From assembly GCA_964349985.1 (NCBI GenBank), contig CAYGIR010000002.1:1-33235 (forward strand): a stretch of 33,235 nucleotides of DNA, in the 5' to 3' direction. Positions 8,007 to 16,151 of the stretch are shown here, in pieces. The translations under genes were made by a program, and so were the position numbers. The stretch is from an uncultured Candidatus Saccharibacteria bacterium. GTDB taxonomy: Bacteria > Patescibacteriota > Saccharimonadia > Saccharimonadales > CAYGIR01. The stretch's first letter is position 1, and each line of letters opens with the position of its first letter. A model generated the notes under the pieces. It was not told where the DNA came from. It did not search any database and was given only the letters and a program-made list of their open reading frames with translations.

Positions 8007-8359
8007 AATTCAAGCCCCCCGGCCCTGGCCGCATCCGCCAATGCCTTAACTCTACCGTGATAAAGCCGACCATTGCGGTCAAACACAACCGATTTTATCT
8101 TGACGGATTTTGCCTTTTCGGCTATTTCCGAACCTACTAGTATGGCCTTTTGCGTCATTGTACCGGTAGATTTCTTATTACCAACCGAAGTCGCATAGGC
8201 AAGTGTTGTGCTATTTGAGTCATCGATAATCTGAGCTGAAACATGCGAATTGCTCACGAAGATAGTAAGCCTCGGGCGTTCACTAGTACCCAAAACCTTA
8301 GACCTTATGCGATTTTTTCGTCGTGCCAAATTTTGTACTTTTTTTTGCAAACGATTCAT
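8003..8359 (-). CDS. rplR: 50S ribosomal protein L18
   Basis: 118 aa from the ATG at 8359, with GAGGAGG 7 nt upstream (the track uses the GTG at 8362). L18 C-terminus YHGRVKALADAARAGGLEF. Confidence 0.95.
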   Translation of the reverse strand: MNRLQKKVQNLARRKNRIRSKVLGTSERPRLTIFVSNSHVSAQIIDDSNSTTLAYATSVGNKKSTGTMTQKAILVGSEIAEKAKSVKIKSVVFDRNGRLYHGRVKALADAARAGGLEF

Positions 8360-8460
8360 CACAGTTCCTCCTCGTGGGAGAATCGATAATTCAACCGTGT
8401 TAATACGGTAGACAATTCTACCTTGGATATTTTACATTCTATGCTAAATCCGATTCTCAT
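8359..8460 (-). CDS. intercistronic relay sORF, 33 aa (rplF stop to rplR start)
   Basis: ATG lies 1 nt after the rplF TAA (TAACATG), with AAGGA in the last rplF codons. Peptide MRIGFSIECKISKVELSTVLTRLNYRFSHEEEL. TGA shares a base with the rplR ATG (TGATG). Confidence 0.45.
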   Translation of the reverse strand: MRIGFSIECKISKVELSTVLTRLNYRFSHEEEL

Positions 8461-8461
8461 G

Positions 8462-9001
8462 TTATTTATCCTTACCTGACTTACCACTTTTGCGAAGAAT
8501 ACGTTCACCCACATATTTGATACCTTTACCTTTATAAGGTTCGGGCTTCTTGAGAGCACGAATTTCAGCAGCCGCCTGACCAACTTGTTGTTTGCTGATG
8601 CCACTGAGAGTAATAATATTTTGCTCAACAGATGCGCTAACGCCATCTGGAAGAGTATATGTGACTTCATGCGAAAATCCCAAATTCATTTTGAGATTCT
8701 GGCCAGCTAAAGTCACTCGGTAACCCACGCCATTAATTTCAAGTTGCTTGGTAAAACCGTTTGAAACACCAATTACCATATTACTAATTAAAGTTCGCAT
8801 GAGACCATGGCGAGAACGGTTCTCCGCTTCATCATCGAGTCTTGTAACACTAAGCTGATTGCCTTCTTGCTGTACGTTTATCCCGGGCATGGTGAACTGT
8901 TTGAGTATGCCCTTGGCGCCGGTGACTGTAATGTAATCAGGATCGATAGTGACCGTCACTCCACTCGGGACATCGATCGGTTGTTTGCCTATTCTACTCA
9001 C
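8462..9001 (-). CDS. rplF: 50S ribosomal protein L6
   Basis: 179 aa. GTG start with GAAGGGAG 7 nt upstream. MSRIGKQPIDVPSGVTV is a typical L6 N-terminus. Confidence 0.96.
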   Translation of the reverse strand: MSRIGKQPIDVPSGVTVTIDPDYITVTGAKGILKQFTMPGINVQQEGNQLSVTRLDDEAENRSRHGLMRTLISNMVIGVSNGFTKQLEINGVGYRVTLAGQNLKMNLGFSHEVTYTLPDGVSASVEQNIITLSGISKQQVGQAAAEIRALKKPEPYKGKGIKYVGERILRKSGKSGKDK

Positions 9002-9123
9002 TAAAAAGCTCCCTTCGATAGTGGAGCGAGCAGTTGGTAGTTAGAAGTTAGGGAAGCTGTTATTGCCCTCTCACTCCGCACTACTATCTCCGCACTCCTA
9101 AATTGTATTAGCAATTTATTCAT
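9001..9123 (-). CDS. intercistronic relay sORF, 40 aa (rpsH stop to rplF start)
   Basis: ATG lies 1 nt after the rpsH TAG (TAGGATG). Peptide MNKLLIQFRSAEIVVRSERAITASLTSNYQLLAPLSKGAF. TAG shares a base with the rplF GTG. Homologous to the sORF at 1667-1795. Confidence 0.5.
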   Translation of the reverse strand: MNKLLIQFRSAEIVVRSERAITASLTSNYQLLAPLSKGAF

Positions 9124-9124
9124 C
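9002..9124 (-). repeat. spacer cassette copy B (paralog of 1675-1794)
   Basis: See copy A. Same orientation, same length class, and the AAATTG-N6-CAATTT hairpin stems are conserved while the loops differ. Confidence 0.85.
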
Positions 9125-9526
9125 CTAATACACCTTACAAATTAACTCACCACCAAGGCGTTGTTTTTTGGCTTCCGAACCTGTCATCATACCCTTGCTG
9201 GTGCTTATAATCACAATACCACGACCTTGTTTTACGATAGGAATCTTGTCTACCGACGTATATAAACGACGGCCCGGTTTGCTTAATCGTGTTATCTCGC
9301 TAATGCGAGCATTCGTGTCAGGAGAGTGAAGTGTGAGCAAAATAGATTTTCCAATTGTCGCATCAACTATTTTCGTTTCGTCAATATAGCCAGATTTCTG
9401 CAAAAGACGAGCAACCGCCTCCTTAGTGTTTGAATGTGGCAAAATTATAGATAATTTATTAACGGCCAATCCGTTACGAATACGTGACAACATGTCAGCA
9501 ATGGGGTCTGTGGAGACTACAGACAT
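9125..9526 (-). CDS. rpsH: 30S ribosomal protein S8
   Basis: 133 aa. DPIADMLSRIRNG motif typical of S8. Confidence 0.97.
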   Translation of the reverse strand: MSVVSTDPIADMLSRIRNGLAVNKLSIILPHSNTKEAVARLLQKSGYIDETKIVDATIGKSILLTLHSPDTNARISEITRLSKPGRRLYTSVDKIPIVKQGRGIVIISTSKGMMTGSEAKKQRLGGELICKVY

Positions 9527-9636
9527 GATACGCTCCTTTCAGTAGTTGTATTGATCTGTGATTGATTAACAACGAATGCGAAGTATGTCCTCGATTCATG
9601 GCTCACGATTTGTTTGAGTAAGGTTAAATATAACAT
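9517..9636 (-). CDS. intercistronic relay sORF, 39 aa (rpsN stop to rpsH start)
   Basis: ATG lies 5 nt after the rpsN TAA. Peptide MLYLTLLKQIVSHESRTYFAFVVNQSQINTTTERSVSCL. TAG overlaps rpsH by 10 nt. No obvious SD. Confidence 0.4.
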   Translation of the reverse strand: MLYLTLLKQIVSHESRTYFAFVVNQSQINTTTERSVSCL

Positions 9637-9641
9637 ATAGG

Positions 9642-9911
9642 TTACCAACTAGCCTTTGTTACGCCAGGTATCTCGCCCTTACTGGCATGTTCACGAAAAC
9701 TCAGACGCGACAATCCAAACTGTCTCATATAAGCGCGCGGTCGTCCGGTTTCACTACAGCGGTTCTTGTAACGGGTCGGAGATGAATTACGGGGAAGATT
9801 GTGCAAGCCTTCGCGATCACCCAAGCCTTTTAATTCAATACGTTTGGCGGCATACTTAGCAATCATTCGCTTACGCTTTTCATCCCTAACTACGATTGAT
9901 TTCTTAGCCAT
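9642..9911 (-). CDS. rpsN: 30S ribosomal protein S14 (long, non-zinc form)
   Basis: 89 aa from the ATG at 9911 ([20 protein letters not shown]...). The track start at 9950 is a TTG 13 codons upstream. C-terminal [11 protein letters not shown]. Confidence 0.95.
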   Translation of the reverse strand: MAKKSIVVRDEKRKRMIAKYAAKRIELKGLGDREGLHNLPRNSSPTRYKNRCSETGRPRAYMRQFGLSRLSFREHASKGEIPGVTKASW

Positions 9912-10051
9912 TATATGGTTCCTTTCTGGTTTGCGATATTCATTGAGCAACGTTCAATTCGCCATAAATACTGAATAAAAGAATATTCCGATGTCTGAAG
10001 CGATTGATAATACGCGCATTCGTTGAGTGTTAATACACAATCCATGATCAT
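9911..10051 (-). CDS. intercistronic relay sORF, 46 aa (rplE stop to rpsN start)
   Basis: ATG abuts the rplE TAA (TAAATG), with AAGGAGA in the last rplE codons 8 nt upstream. Peptide [49 protein letters not shown] shares a base with the rpsN ATG (TAATG). Confidence 0.5.
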   Translation of the reverse strand: MIMDCVLTLNECAYYQSLQTSEYSFIQYLWRIERCSMNIANQKGTI

Positions 10052-10681
10052 TTATTTTTTCTCCTTTTCGGCGAGTTTACCGTGAGGCTTCTCGAAGGGC
10101 ATACCAAATTTGGCCAACAATGCCCTAGCGTGTGCCGGTTCAAGACATCGCACCACGAACACGGCTTGTAGCCCGTGTACGGTAGTTGTTTCCTCAAATG
10201 TTAGTTCTGGAAATACCGACTGATCCGTAATACCAATACTATAGTTGCCAGATTTATCAAAAGCATTTTGTTTAACACCATGGAAATCACGAAGACGAGG
10301 CAGTACAAGATTGATCAGACGATCAGCAAATTCATACATTCTATCACCTCTCAACGTTACCTTGAGCCCAATTTTGTTGCCTTCTCGTAATTTGAATGCG
10401 GCAATAGACAGCTTCGCTATGGTGTCTATGGGTTGCTGTCCAGTGACTTTTTTCAAAGTATTCTCGGCTGTTTCGAGCATCTTCTTGTCATCTTTAGCCT
10501 TGCCCAAACCTATATTAACAACAATCTTCTCAATACAGGGTACCTGGTTCGGATTTGTCAGCCCTAGTTCCTCTTGTAATTCCTTAGCAAATTGTGTCTT
10601 ATATAAAACCTTGAGGCGCGCGGTATGTACAAGAGGCTTAGGCTGCTTTGAGGCCGCAGATTTTGTGTTGACAGTATTCAT
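10052..10681 (-). CDS. rplE: 50S ribosomal protein L5
   Basis: 209 aa. L5 core (IEKIVVNIGLG...FKLREGNKIGLKVTLRGDRMYEF) with N-terminal and C-terminal extensions. Confidence 0.96.
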   Translation of the reverse strand: MNTVNTKSAASKQPKPLVHTARLKVLYKTQFAKELQEELGLTNPNQVPCIEKIVVNIGLGKAKDDKKMLETAENTLKKVTGQQPIDTIAKLSIAAFKLREGNKIGLKVTLRGDRMYEFADRLINLVLPRLRDFHGVKQNAFDKSGNYSIGITDQSVFPELTFEETTTVHGLQAVFVVRCLEPAHARALLAKFGMPFEKPHGKLAEKEKK

Positions 10682-11032
10682 TTATTTCATCTCCTTGCCA
10701 GTACTCTTGTATATACGAGTTTTGGAACCATCATTATCAAGCTTATATCCAATACGTGAGGCTTTCTTGGTAGTGGGTTCATAAGCAGCAACTTTACTCA
10801 CCCAAATTGGCTTAGTAAGTTCAATAATTCCGCCTTGAGGATAGGCAGTATTAGGCTTCTGATGCTTCTTGACTATATTTATACCCTCTACTGTTACCTT
10901 GTTGTCTTTGGGGTGGATGGTAGTAATCTTGCCAGTTTTACCCTTATATTTGCCAGCTAGAACTATCACCGTATCGGCCTTCTTAAGCCTAATCTTAAAA
11001 ACTGTGCTCTTCGCTCTTTGCTCTTTGCTCAT
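10682..11032 (-). CDS. rplX: 50S ribosomal protein L24
   Basis: 116 aa. KOW-type core (KADTVIVLAGKYKGKTGKI). Its first 9 codons are built from a (GAGCAnn)4 heptamer array. Confidence 0.96.
   Translation of the reverse strand: MSKEQRAKSTVFKIRLKKADTVIVLAGKYKGKTGKITTIHPKDNKVTVEGINIVKKHQKPNTAYPQGGIIELTKPIWVSKVAAYEPTTKKASRIGYKLDNDGSKTRIYKSTGKEMK
11003..11030 (-). repeat. heptamer array (GAGCAAA GAGCAAA GAGCGAA GAGCACA) inside the rplX 5' end
   Basis: Read directly on the minus strand. Same unit family as the arrays at 12633, 14154 and 28460. Confidence 0.85.
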
Positions 11033-11033
11033 C

Positions 11034-11402
11034 CTATAGTACCTCCGGTGCCAGGCTGATTATCTTGGCATATCCTTGATCCCTCAACTCACGAGGAACT
11101 GGTCCAAAGATTCTGGTAGCCTTGGGCAGTTTATCATCACCAATGATAACAGCGGCATTATCGTCAAAACGGATTGAAGAACCATCCTTGCGTTGAATAG
11201 CATCACGAGTTCTAACGATAACGGCTCGAACAACAGATTTACGCTTGACGGCTCCAGTAGGATTGGCTGTTTTGACGGTTGCCACAATCACATCACCAAC
11301 TCGAGCATAACGGCGTCTAGTACCACCCAATACCCGAATACAAAGTATCTCCTTAGCTCCGCTGTTGTCGCACACACCCAAACGAGTTTCTTGCTGAATC
11401 AT
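11034..11402 (-). CDS. rplN: 50S ribosomal protein L14
   Basis: 122 aa. [18 protein letters not shown] is the canonical L14 N-terminus. Confidence 0.98.
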   Translation of the reverse strand: MIQQETRLGVCDNSGAKEILCIRVLGGTRRRYARVGDVIVATVKTANPTGAVKRKSVVRAVIVRTRDAIQRKDGSSIRFDDNAAVIIGDDKLPKATRIFGPVPRELRDQGYAKIISLAPEVL

Positions 11403-11809
11403 GACGTAACCTCATTGCCGGTGTCTGAAGACCTATCGGTGTTTTTAACCTCTGACTTTGCATTATCCGGATTCACAACCTGCTTATTCTTTGAAATACG
11501 ACCCACCGGTGCTGAAGGTGATTGAGTACCTGTCGACATAATTTCTGTTTCGGGCTCTTCGTGGCGAATTGTAGCTCGCTCTACTACCTTATCCAAGATG
11601 AATCTTTTCCGAGCTGAAATAGGACGTGTTTCAGCGATTAACACCTTATCACCAACCTTAGCAATATTTTGCTCATCGTGCGCCATAAACTTTTTACTAG
11701 TAGAGTACTGTTTTCGGTAGATCGGGTGGGTCTTGCGGGTACGAATAGTTACCACGATTGTCTTATCGCCTTTATCAGAGGTGACTACACCTGTAAATGA
11801 TTTTGCCAT
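11399..11809 (-). CDS. rpsQ: 30S ribosomal protein S17
   Basis: 136 aa. S17 core ([27 protein letters not shown]) plus a ~50 aa C-terminal tail. ATGA overlap with the rplN start. Confidence 0.95.
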   Translation of the reverse strand: MAKSFTGVVTSDKGDKTIVVTIRTRKTHPIYRKQYSTSKKFMAHDEQNIAKVGDKVLIAETRPISARKRFILDKVVERATIRHEEPETEIMSTGTQSPSAPVGRISKNKQVVNPDNAKSEVKNTDRSSDTGNEVTS

Positions 11810-11871
11810 TAGAAACTCCCTCTGTTAATTACAGATTTGAGATATTGGATGTGAGATTTTAAATAAAGCAT
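11809..11871 (-). CDS. intercistronic relay sORF, 20 aa (rpmC stop to rpsQ start)
   Basis: ATG lies 2 nt after the rpmC TGA. Peptide [23 protein letters not shown] shares a base with the rpsQ ATG (TAATG). Confidence 0.4.
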   Translation of the reverse strand: MLYLKSHIQYLKSVINRGSF

Positions 11872-11873
11872 TT

Positions 11874-12077
11874 TCATAATACAGTTTCCTTAGTTAATTG
11901 TTCGGAAAGTACAGTTAATATACGAGCCAGATCCTTGCGCTTGGTCCTAAGCTGCCTAACATTAGTCATCTCACCCATGTGAACTCTACGACGCGTCTCA
12001 GCGATTTCCTCACGGAGTTTAGTACTCTCTGCCACCAATTCACTAGTCTTGATCTTACGGATTTCGGTAATTTTCAT
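11874..12077 (-). CDS. rpmC: 50S ribosomal protein L29
   Basis: 67 aa. Helical L29 pattern (LREEIAETRRRVHMGEMTNVRQLRTKRKDLARILT) at the expected position between rplP and rpsQ. Confidence 0.95.
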   Translation of the reverse strand: MKITEIRKIKTSELVAESTKLREEIAETRRRVHMGEMTNVRQLRTKRKDLARILTVLSEQLTKETVL

Positions 12078-12181
12078 AACTTACTCCCATCCTTATACAT
12101 AACAGACTCGCGTGATAATAGGCTACTACTTACATCATAATCATTGTATGTTAATTGGATTAGGCAATGTGATACTAGCAT
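12074..12181 (-). CDS. intercistronic relay sORF, 35 aa (rplP stop to rpmC start)
   Basis: ATG lies 1 nt after the rplP TAA, with AAGGAGGAGG in the last rplP codons 6 nt upstream. Peptide MLVSHCLIQLTYNDYDVSSSLLSRESVMYKDGSKL. ATGA overlap with the rpmC start. Confidence 0.5.
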   Translation of the reverse strand: MLVSHCLIQLTYNDYDVSSSLLSRESVMYKDGSKL

Positions 12182-12182
12182 T

Positions 12183-12596
12183 TTACGCCTCCTCCTTGAC
12201 TAAAAACTTAGTCTTCACGGCCAGTTTATGGGCGGCCAAACGCATAGCTTCTCGTGCTGTTTCTTCTGGAACCCCCTGCATTTCAAATAAAATTGTACCG
12301 GGTCGGACCTTCGCTACGAAAAACTCTGGGTTACCCTTACCACTGCCCATTTTGACATCCTGTGGCTTTCTGGTAACAGGCGTATGTGGAAATATGCGAA
12401 TCCATATCTTGCCACCACGTTTGATATAGCGCGTCATCGCCTGGCGGGCCGATTCGATCTGACGTGAAGTTACGCGATCATGGCCTTGCGCTTGTAGAGC
12501 ATACTGCCCGAACGCGATAGCATTGCCGACCGTAGCGACACCACGTATCTTACCCTTGAACACCTTACGATGCTTTTGACGTTTCGGCATCAACAC
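12183..12596 (-). CDS. rplP: 50S ribosomal protein L16
   Basis: 137 aa from the GTG at 12596, with GGAGG 7 nt upstream, giving the canonical [11 protein letters not shown]. The ATG at 12590 is an alternative start. The track ATG at 12614 lies upstream of the SD. Confidence 0.93.
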   Translation of the reverse strand: MLMPKRQKHRKVFKGKIRGVATVGNAIAFGQYALQAQGHDRVTSRQIESARQAMTRYIKRGGKIWIRIFPHTPVTRKPQDVKMGSGKGNPEFFVAKVRPGTILFEMQGVPEETAREAMRLAAHKLAVKTKFLVKEEA

Positions 12597-12685
12597 GATA
12601 CAACCTCCAGCCATAATAGCAACGAAGAAGTCTTTGCTCTTTGCTCTTTGCTCATTGCTCTATGTGAAGCGTAGCGAAACTTCAT
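12590..12685 (-). CDS. intercistronic relay sORF, 31 aa (rpsC stop to rplP start)
   Basis: ATGA overlap with the rpsC stop, with AAGGAGA in the last rpsC codons 6 nt upstream. Peptide [34 protein letters not shown] shares a base with the ATG at 12590 (TGATG). Codons 11-18 are near-identical in DNA to rplX codons 1-8. Confidence 0.5.
   Translation of the reverse strand: MKFRYASHRAMSKEQRAKTSSLLLWLEVVSC
12633..12660 (-). repeat. heptamer array (GAGCAAT GAGCAAA GAGCAAA GAGCAAA)
   Basis: Four perfect or near-perfect tandem 7-nt units read on the minus strand. Confidence 0.9.
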
Positions 12686-13314
12686 GCGGTTTCTCCTTTG
12701 TATATCCAGACTTTAATTCCTATCAAGCCTGAGCGCGGATAAGTTGCCGTACATTGATGATAGTCCACGTCTGCTCTTATGGTATGTAAGGGTACGCTAC
12801 CTTCAACTGTCTTCTCTCGTCTGGACATTTCCGCACCACCTAGCCGCCCAGAGATTTCAATACGAATACCTTTGGCGCCAGAGCGCATTGTTGCAGCGGC
12901 AGATGATTTGACCGCACGTCTAAATGCTATACGTCTTTCTAGTTGGTGCGCAATATTTTCGGCCACAAGTTTAGCAAATAATTCTGGTTTCTTGATTTCT
13001 TCGATGTTTAAGCGAGTGGGTGTCGCGTATATCTTTTCTATAAGTGCTTTAAGTTCTTGAGCGCCAACTCCACCACGACCGATCACTACTCCGGCCTTCG
13101 CTGTAGAGATTGTTACAGAAACTAGATTTGGTGAGCGTTCAATATCAACCTTGTTGATACTGCCACGGCTTCCGACCTTGCGTTGAATAACCCGTCTAAC
13201 TTCAAGATCCTGTGTTAGGAATTTTGAATAATCGCGCTTATTAGCAAACCATTTGCTCCGCCAGTCTTTGTTCACTTGCAGACGCATACTAATCGGGTTG
13301 ACTTTTTGTCCCAT
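12682..13314 (-). CDS. rpsC: 30S ribosomal protein S3
   Basis: 210 aa. MGQKVNPISMRLQVNKDWRSKWFA is the canonical S3 N-terminus, followed by a KH domain. Confidence 0.98.
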   Translation of the reverse strand: MGQKVNPISMRLQVNKDWRSKWFANKRDYSKFLTQDLEVRRVIQRKVGSRGSINKVDIERSPNLVSVTISTAKAGVVIGRGGVGAQELKALIEKIYATPTRLNIEEIKKPELFAKLVAENIAHQLERRIAFRRAVKSSAAATMRSGAKGIRIEISGRLGGAEMSRREKTVEGSVPLHTIRADVDYHQCTATYPRSGLIGIKVWIYKGETA

Positions 13315-13457
13315 CAGACAACTCCTTTGGACTTATTTAGCAGGTAGCAGGTAGCGTTTGGTAGATCGCAGACAGTGAAAGCTGAAAATCTGTTACCTGA
13401 AATCTGTAAAGTATCTGTGATCTGTGATCTGTAATCTGTAAAATAAATTTTGAACAT
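13314..13457 (-). CDS. intercistronic relay sORF, 47 aa (rplV stop to rpsC start)
   Basis: ATG lies 1 nt after the rplV TAA. Peptide MFKIYFTDYRSQITDTLQISGNRFSAFTVCDLPNATCYLLNKSKGVV. TGA shares a base with the rpsC ATG (TGATG). Contains two heptamer arrays. Confidence 0.45.
   Translation of the reverse strand: MFKIYFTDYRSQITDTLQISGNRFSAFTVCDLPNATCYLLNKSKGVV
13338..13354 (-). repeat. heptamer repeat (CTACCTG)2 plus a partial unit
   Basis: Plus strand reads tag caggtag caggtag. Confidence 0.75.
13413..13440 (-). repeat. heptamer array (TACAGAT TACAGAT CACAGAT CACAGAT)
   Basis: Four tandem 7-nt units. Degenerate extra copies lie at about 13386-13410. Confidence 0.9.
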
Positions 13458-13458
13458 T

Positions 13459-13830
13459 TTATTTGCTTTCCTTTGCTAGTGGTTTTTTGGCTACTCGGAT
13501 TTCACCATCAACTTCTACGTATATATGCGAACTACGGCGTAGGAATGGTAAGGCACGACCGTGCGAAGCAGGGCGATAGCGCTTAATACTTGGGCCGGTG
13601 CTGACCCGTATTTCAGTAATCTGCAAAGTATCGGGTTTGTAGTTGTGGTTGTTGTCCGCATTTGCCCGAGCCGATTCAATAACCTTGCGCACAGCGATCG
13701 CTGAGCGACGAGGCGTATGCTTCAAAATAGTAATAGCATCCTCAACACTGCGGCCCCTGACAAGATCAGCAACCACTGCTACCTTACGCGGACTCATACG
13801 GACACCCTTGGCGCTGGCATTTACGGCCAT
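13459..13830 (-). CDS. rplV: 50S ribosomal protein L22
   Basis: 123 aa from the ATG at 13830 (MAVNASAKGVRMSPRKVAVVADLVRG), 1 nt after the rpsS stop. The track ORF runs 50 codons further upstream, out of frame through rpsS. Confidence 0.94.
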   Translation of the reverse strand: MAVNASAKGVRMSPRKVAVVADLVRGRSVEDAITILKHTPRRSAIAVRKVIESARANADNNHNYKPDTLQITEIRVSTGPSIKRYRPASHGRALPFLRRSSHIYVEVDGEIRVAKKPLAKESK

Positions 13831-13831
13831 T

Positions 13832-14107
13832 TTATTTGCCACCCTTCGCCAACTTACCGCCGTGTGAGCGGAATTTACGAGTCGGACTGAATTCGCCGAG
13901 CTTATGACCAACCATGTTTTCGGTGATGAATACGGAGATATGAACCTTGCCATTATGAACCGCGATAGTTTTGCCGACAAAATCCGGACTAATCGTGCTA
14001 CTACGAGCCCACGTTTTAATTATAGTGCGGTCTTCGTTACCGAGTGCAGCGACCTTCTTGGCAAGCTTAGGATCAATAAATGGACCCTTCTTCAGTGATC
14101 TAGACAT
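13832..14107 (-). CDS. rpsS: 30S ribosomal protein S19
   Basis: 91 aa. [15 protein letters not shown] is the canonical S19 N-terminus. Confidence 0.98.
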   Translation of the reverse strand: MSRSLKKGPFIDPKLAKKVAALGNEDRTIIKTWARSSTISPDFVGKTIAVHNGKVHISVFITENMVGHKLGEFSPTRKFRSHGGKLAKGGK

Positions 14108-14108
14108 C

Positions 14109-14204
14109 TTACAGACTCCTTCCAGTCGCCTGAGAGTAGTGATCTAGAACCTCATTGCTCATTGCTCTCTGCTCTCTGCTCTTATGTGAAATGAAATGTA
14201 ACAT
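14109..14204 (-). CDS. intercistronic relay sORF, 31 aa (rplB stop to rpsS start)
   Basis: ATG lies 3 nt after the rplB TAA, with AGAGGA in the last rplB codons. Peptide [34 protein letters not shown] ends 1 nt before the rpsS ATG. Confidence 0.45.
   Translation of the reverse strand: MLHFISHKSREQRAMSNEVLDHYSQATGRSL
14154..14181 (-). repeat. heptamer array (GAGCAGA GAGCAGA GAGCAAT GAGCAAT)
   Basis: Four tandem 7-nt units read on the minus strand. Confidence 0.9.
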
Positions 14205-14207
14205 TGG

Positions 14208-15044
14208 TTATTTCCTCTTCGCCACATGGCGCGATTTAACAATAAACTTATTATTTGCTTTACGACTTCTAGTCTTATAACCAAGTGTCTTTTGACCCCA
14301 TGGCGTACGTGGGTCTTTGCCAATACCGTGCCTACCACCATCACCGCCACCATGTGGGTGATCCGCCGCGTTCATTACAATTCCACGTACTGTTGGTCTG
14401 ATACCTTTGTGGCGCATACGCCCTGCCTTACCAATTTTGATATTCTGATGTTGCTCATTACCAACCGTTCCGATACTAGCGGTACATTCAATGTGAACTT
14501 GTCTTACCTCACCACTAGGCAACTTAATCTGGGCATATACGCCCTCCCGTGATACCAGCTGCGCACTCGCTCCTGCGGAACGCACCATTTGCGCGCCGCT
14601 ACCAGGCGTAAGCTCAATAGCATGTATTAGACTACCGAGTGGAATACTCTTGAGCGGGAGTCGATTACCTGGTTCAATTGGTACTTCATCGCCACTTTTA
14701 ATACGTTGTCCAACAACCATACCATGCGCGGCAAGAATATAGTGGTAGGTATTGGAACTATCTTTGATTCTGGCGATGCGAGCACTTCTGTTTGGATCAT
14801 ATTCAATATGCTCAATAACAGCATCCGTACCTGCTGCTAGCTTGAAGTTCATAATTCGATAAAATTTACGAACGCCTCCACCTCGATGACGGGTTGTAAT
14901 CCTACCCATATTGTTGCGTCCAGAGTTCTTCTTTTTAATGACAACTAGGGACTTGAGGGGTTTATTTGTCGTGATTGCATCCATGTCTTGGGTGGTCATA
15001 CCACGACGGCCAGGGGTGGTTGGATTATACATACGGATACTCAT
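14208..15044 (-). CDS. rplB: 50S ribosomal protein L2
   Basis: 278 aa from the ATG at 15044 (MSIRMYNPTTPGRRG), with GGGAGGGAG 7 nt upstream. The track start at 15065 is a TTG upstream of that SD. Confidence 0.95.
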   Translation of the reverse strand: MSIRMYNPTTPGRRGMTTQDMDAITTNKPLKSLVVIKKKNSGRNNMGRITTRHRGGGVRKFYRIMNFKLAAGTDAVIEHIEYDPNRSARIARIKDSSNTYHYILAAHGMVVGQRIKSGDEVPIEPGNRLPLKSIPLGSLIHAIELTPGSGAQMVRSAGASAQLVSREGVYAQIKLPSGEVRQVHIECTASIGTVGNEQHQNIKIGKAGRMRHKGIRPTVRGIVMNAADHPHGGGDGGRHGIGKDPRTPWGQKTLGYKTRSRKANNKFIVKSRHVAKRK

Positions 15045-15151
15045 CGGGAAACTCCCTCCCGACAAATATGAAATTGGGATACTGAAATCCTAAACGAATT
15101 CAAAATTAGAAATCTGAAAAGCAAAATTGGCGATAATATGGAATTGTTCAT
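15041..15151 (-). CDS. intercistronic relay sORF, 36 aa (rplW stop to rplB start)
   Basis: ATGA overlap with the rplW stop and ATGA overlap with the rplB start. Peptide MNNSILSPILLFRFLILNSFRISVSQFHICREGVSR. Confidence 0.45.
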   Translation of the reverse strand: MNNSILSPILLFRFLILNSFRISVSQFHICREGVSR

Positions 15152-15483
15152 TTCTTTTTACCTTTAGCAACCGACTTATCATCATCTTCATTTGCGAATA
15201 TAGCTATGCTATCGCCCGACTTTAGCGTTACGTAGGCTTTCTTGATATTAGGTAACTTACCAAACGTTTGTCGTCCACCTTTTTTGACAGTGCGTCGCGT
15301 TTTACCTTTAACATTTATTACATTCACGTTCATAACAGTTACGTCGAATTGTGCCGAAACCGCACCAGCTATAGTAAGCTTTGATGCTGACGTGGGAACT
15401 TGAAAAACATATACAGCACCTTGCTGGCTCATGCCGTAGGCTTTTTCGCTGATCCTGGGCTTCAATGCCATAGTCTTGTCCAT
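15148..15483 (-). CDS. rplW: 50S ribosomal protein L23
   Basis: 111 aa. L23 fold pattern at the expected position between rplD and rplB. Lys-rich tail. Confidence 0.94.
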   Translation of the reverse strand: MDKTMALKPRISEKAYGMSQQGAVYVFQVPTSASKLTIAGAVSAQFDVTVMNVNVINVKGKTRRTVKKGGRQTFGKLPNIKKAYVTLKSGDSIAIFANEDDDKSVAKGKKK

Positions 15484-16151
15484 TATTTAGCCATTCCCTT
15501 TGCTAATTTGGGCTTTTGAATGGGCGTAAGCCATGTGCTAATTACATTTAAAGAATCTTGAGTAATCACGATGTGATCGGCATTAATGACGTCATAAACA
15601 TTTATGTAAGTAGCCTGAATGAGTTTCACATTAGATAAATTATTGGTCGCTCGAATGAACTCTGGTGTTTGATCAGCTACGACCAGCAAAATATTTTTAG
15701 TCGCGCCGATCTTTGCAAATAGCTTGACGGCTTCGGATGTTTTGGAATCCTTAAAAGATATTGCCTCCATAACGATTACATTGCCGTCGGCAGAGGCCAC
15801 ACTCAGAGCTTGCCGTATTGCCAAACGTTTGGCCGATGTGTTGAGTTTGTGTGAATAATTCTCTTCACCAGTGGGACCAAAGACAATACCACCACCTCGC
15901 CAAATTGGGTTACGAGAGGAACCAAAGCGAGCACGACCGGTACCCTTTTGTTTCCAGGGCTTCCGGCCACCGCCTCTGACAAGACCCCTCGTCTTTGTTT
16001 TACCGGCACTGGTACGTCCATTAGCAAGATATGCTACGTAAGCTGCTTTTAGAAGTTCATGGTTTTGTGGCACAACACCGAATACAGACTGATCTAGCTT
16101 AATAGTAGTTGTTGCCTTGTTTCCTGTTTTCGTATAGGTTAATGTGGCCAT
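15483..16151 (-). CDS. rplD: 50S ribosomal protein L4
   Basis: 222 aa. L4 loop motif (KTRGLVRGGGRKPWKQKGTGRARFGSSRNPIWRGGG). Confidence 0.97.
   Translation of the reverse strand: MATLTYTKTGNKATTTIKLDQSVFGVVPQNHELLKAAYVAYLANGRTSAGKTKTRGLVRGGGRKPWKQKGTGRARFGSSRNPIWRGGGIVFGPTGEENYSHKLNTSAKRLAIRQALSVASADGNVIVMEAISFKDSKTSEAVKLFAKIGATKNILLVVADQTPEFIRATNNLSNVKLIQATYINVYDVINADHIVITQDSLNVISTWLTPIQKPKLAKGMAK

Noticed and set aside
8421-8445. 11-nt match GCATAGAATGT shared by the rplF>rplR and rpoB>rpoC spacers
   Set aside because: The match is short and lies in opposite orientation relative to transcription. It is within what chance allows for this amount of spacer sequence.
8359-8670. 103-aa ORF overlapping rplF (and similarly 3373-3594 over rpsK, 14159-14353 over rplB, 17292-17513 over NUDIX)
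   Set aside because: Most of each ORF is out of frame inside a conserved gene. Only the portion downstream of the upstream gene's stop is retained as a candidate sORF. 14159-14353 and 17292-17513 are not in a relay frame and are dropped entirely.
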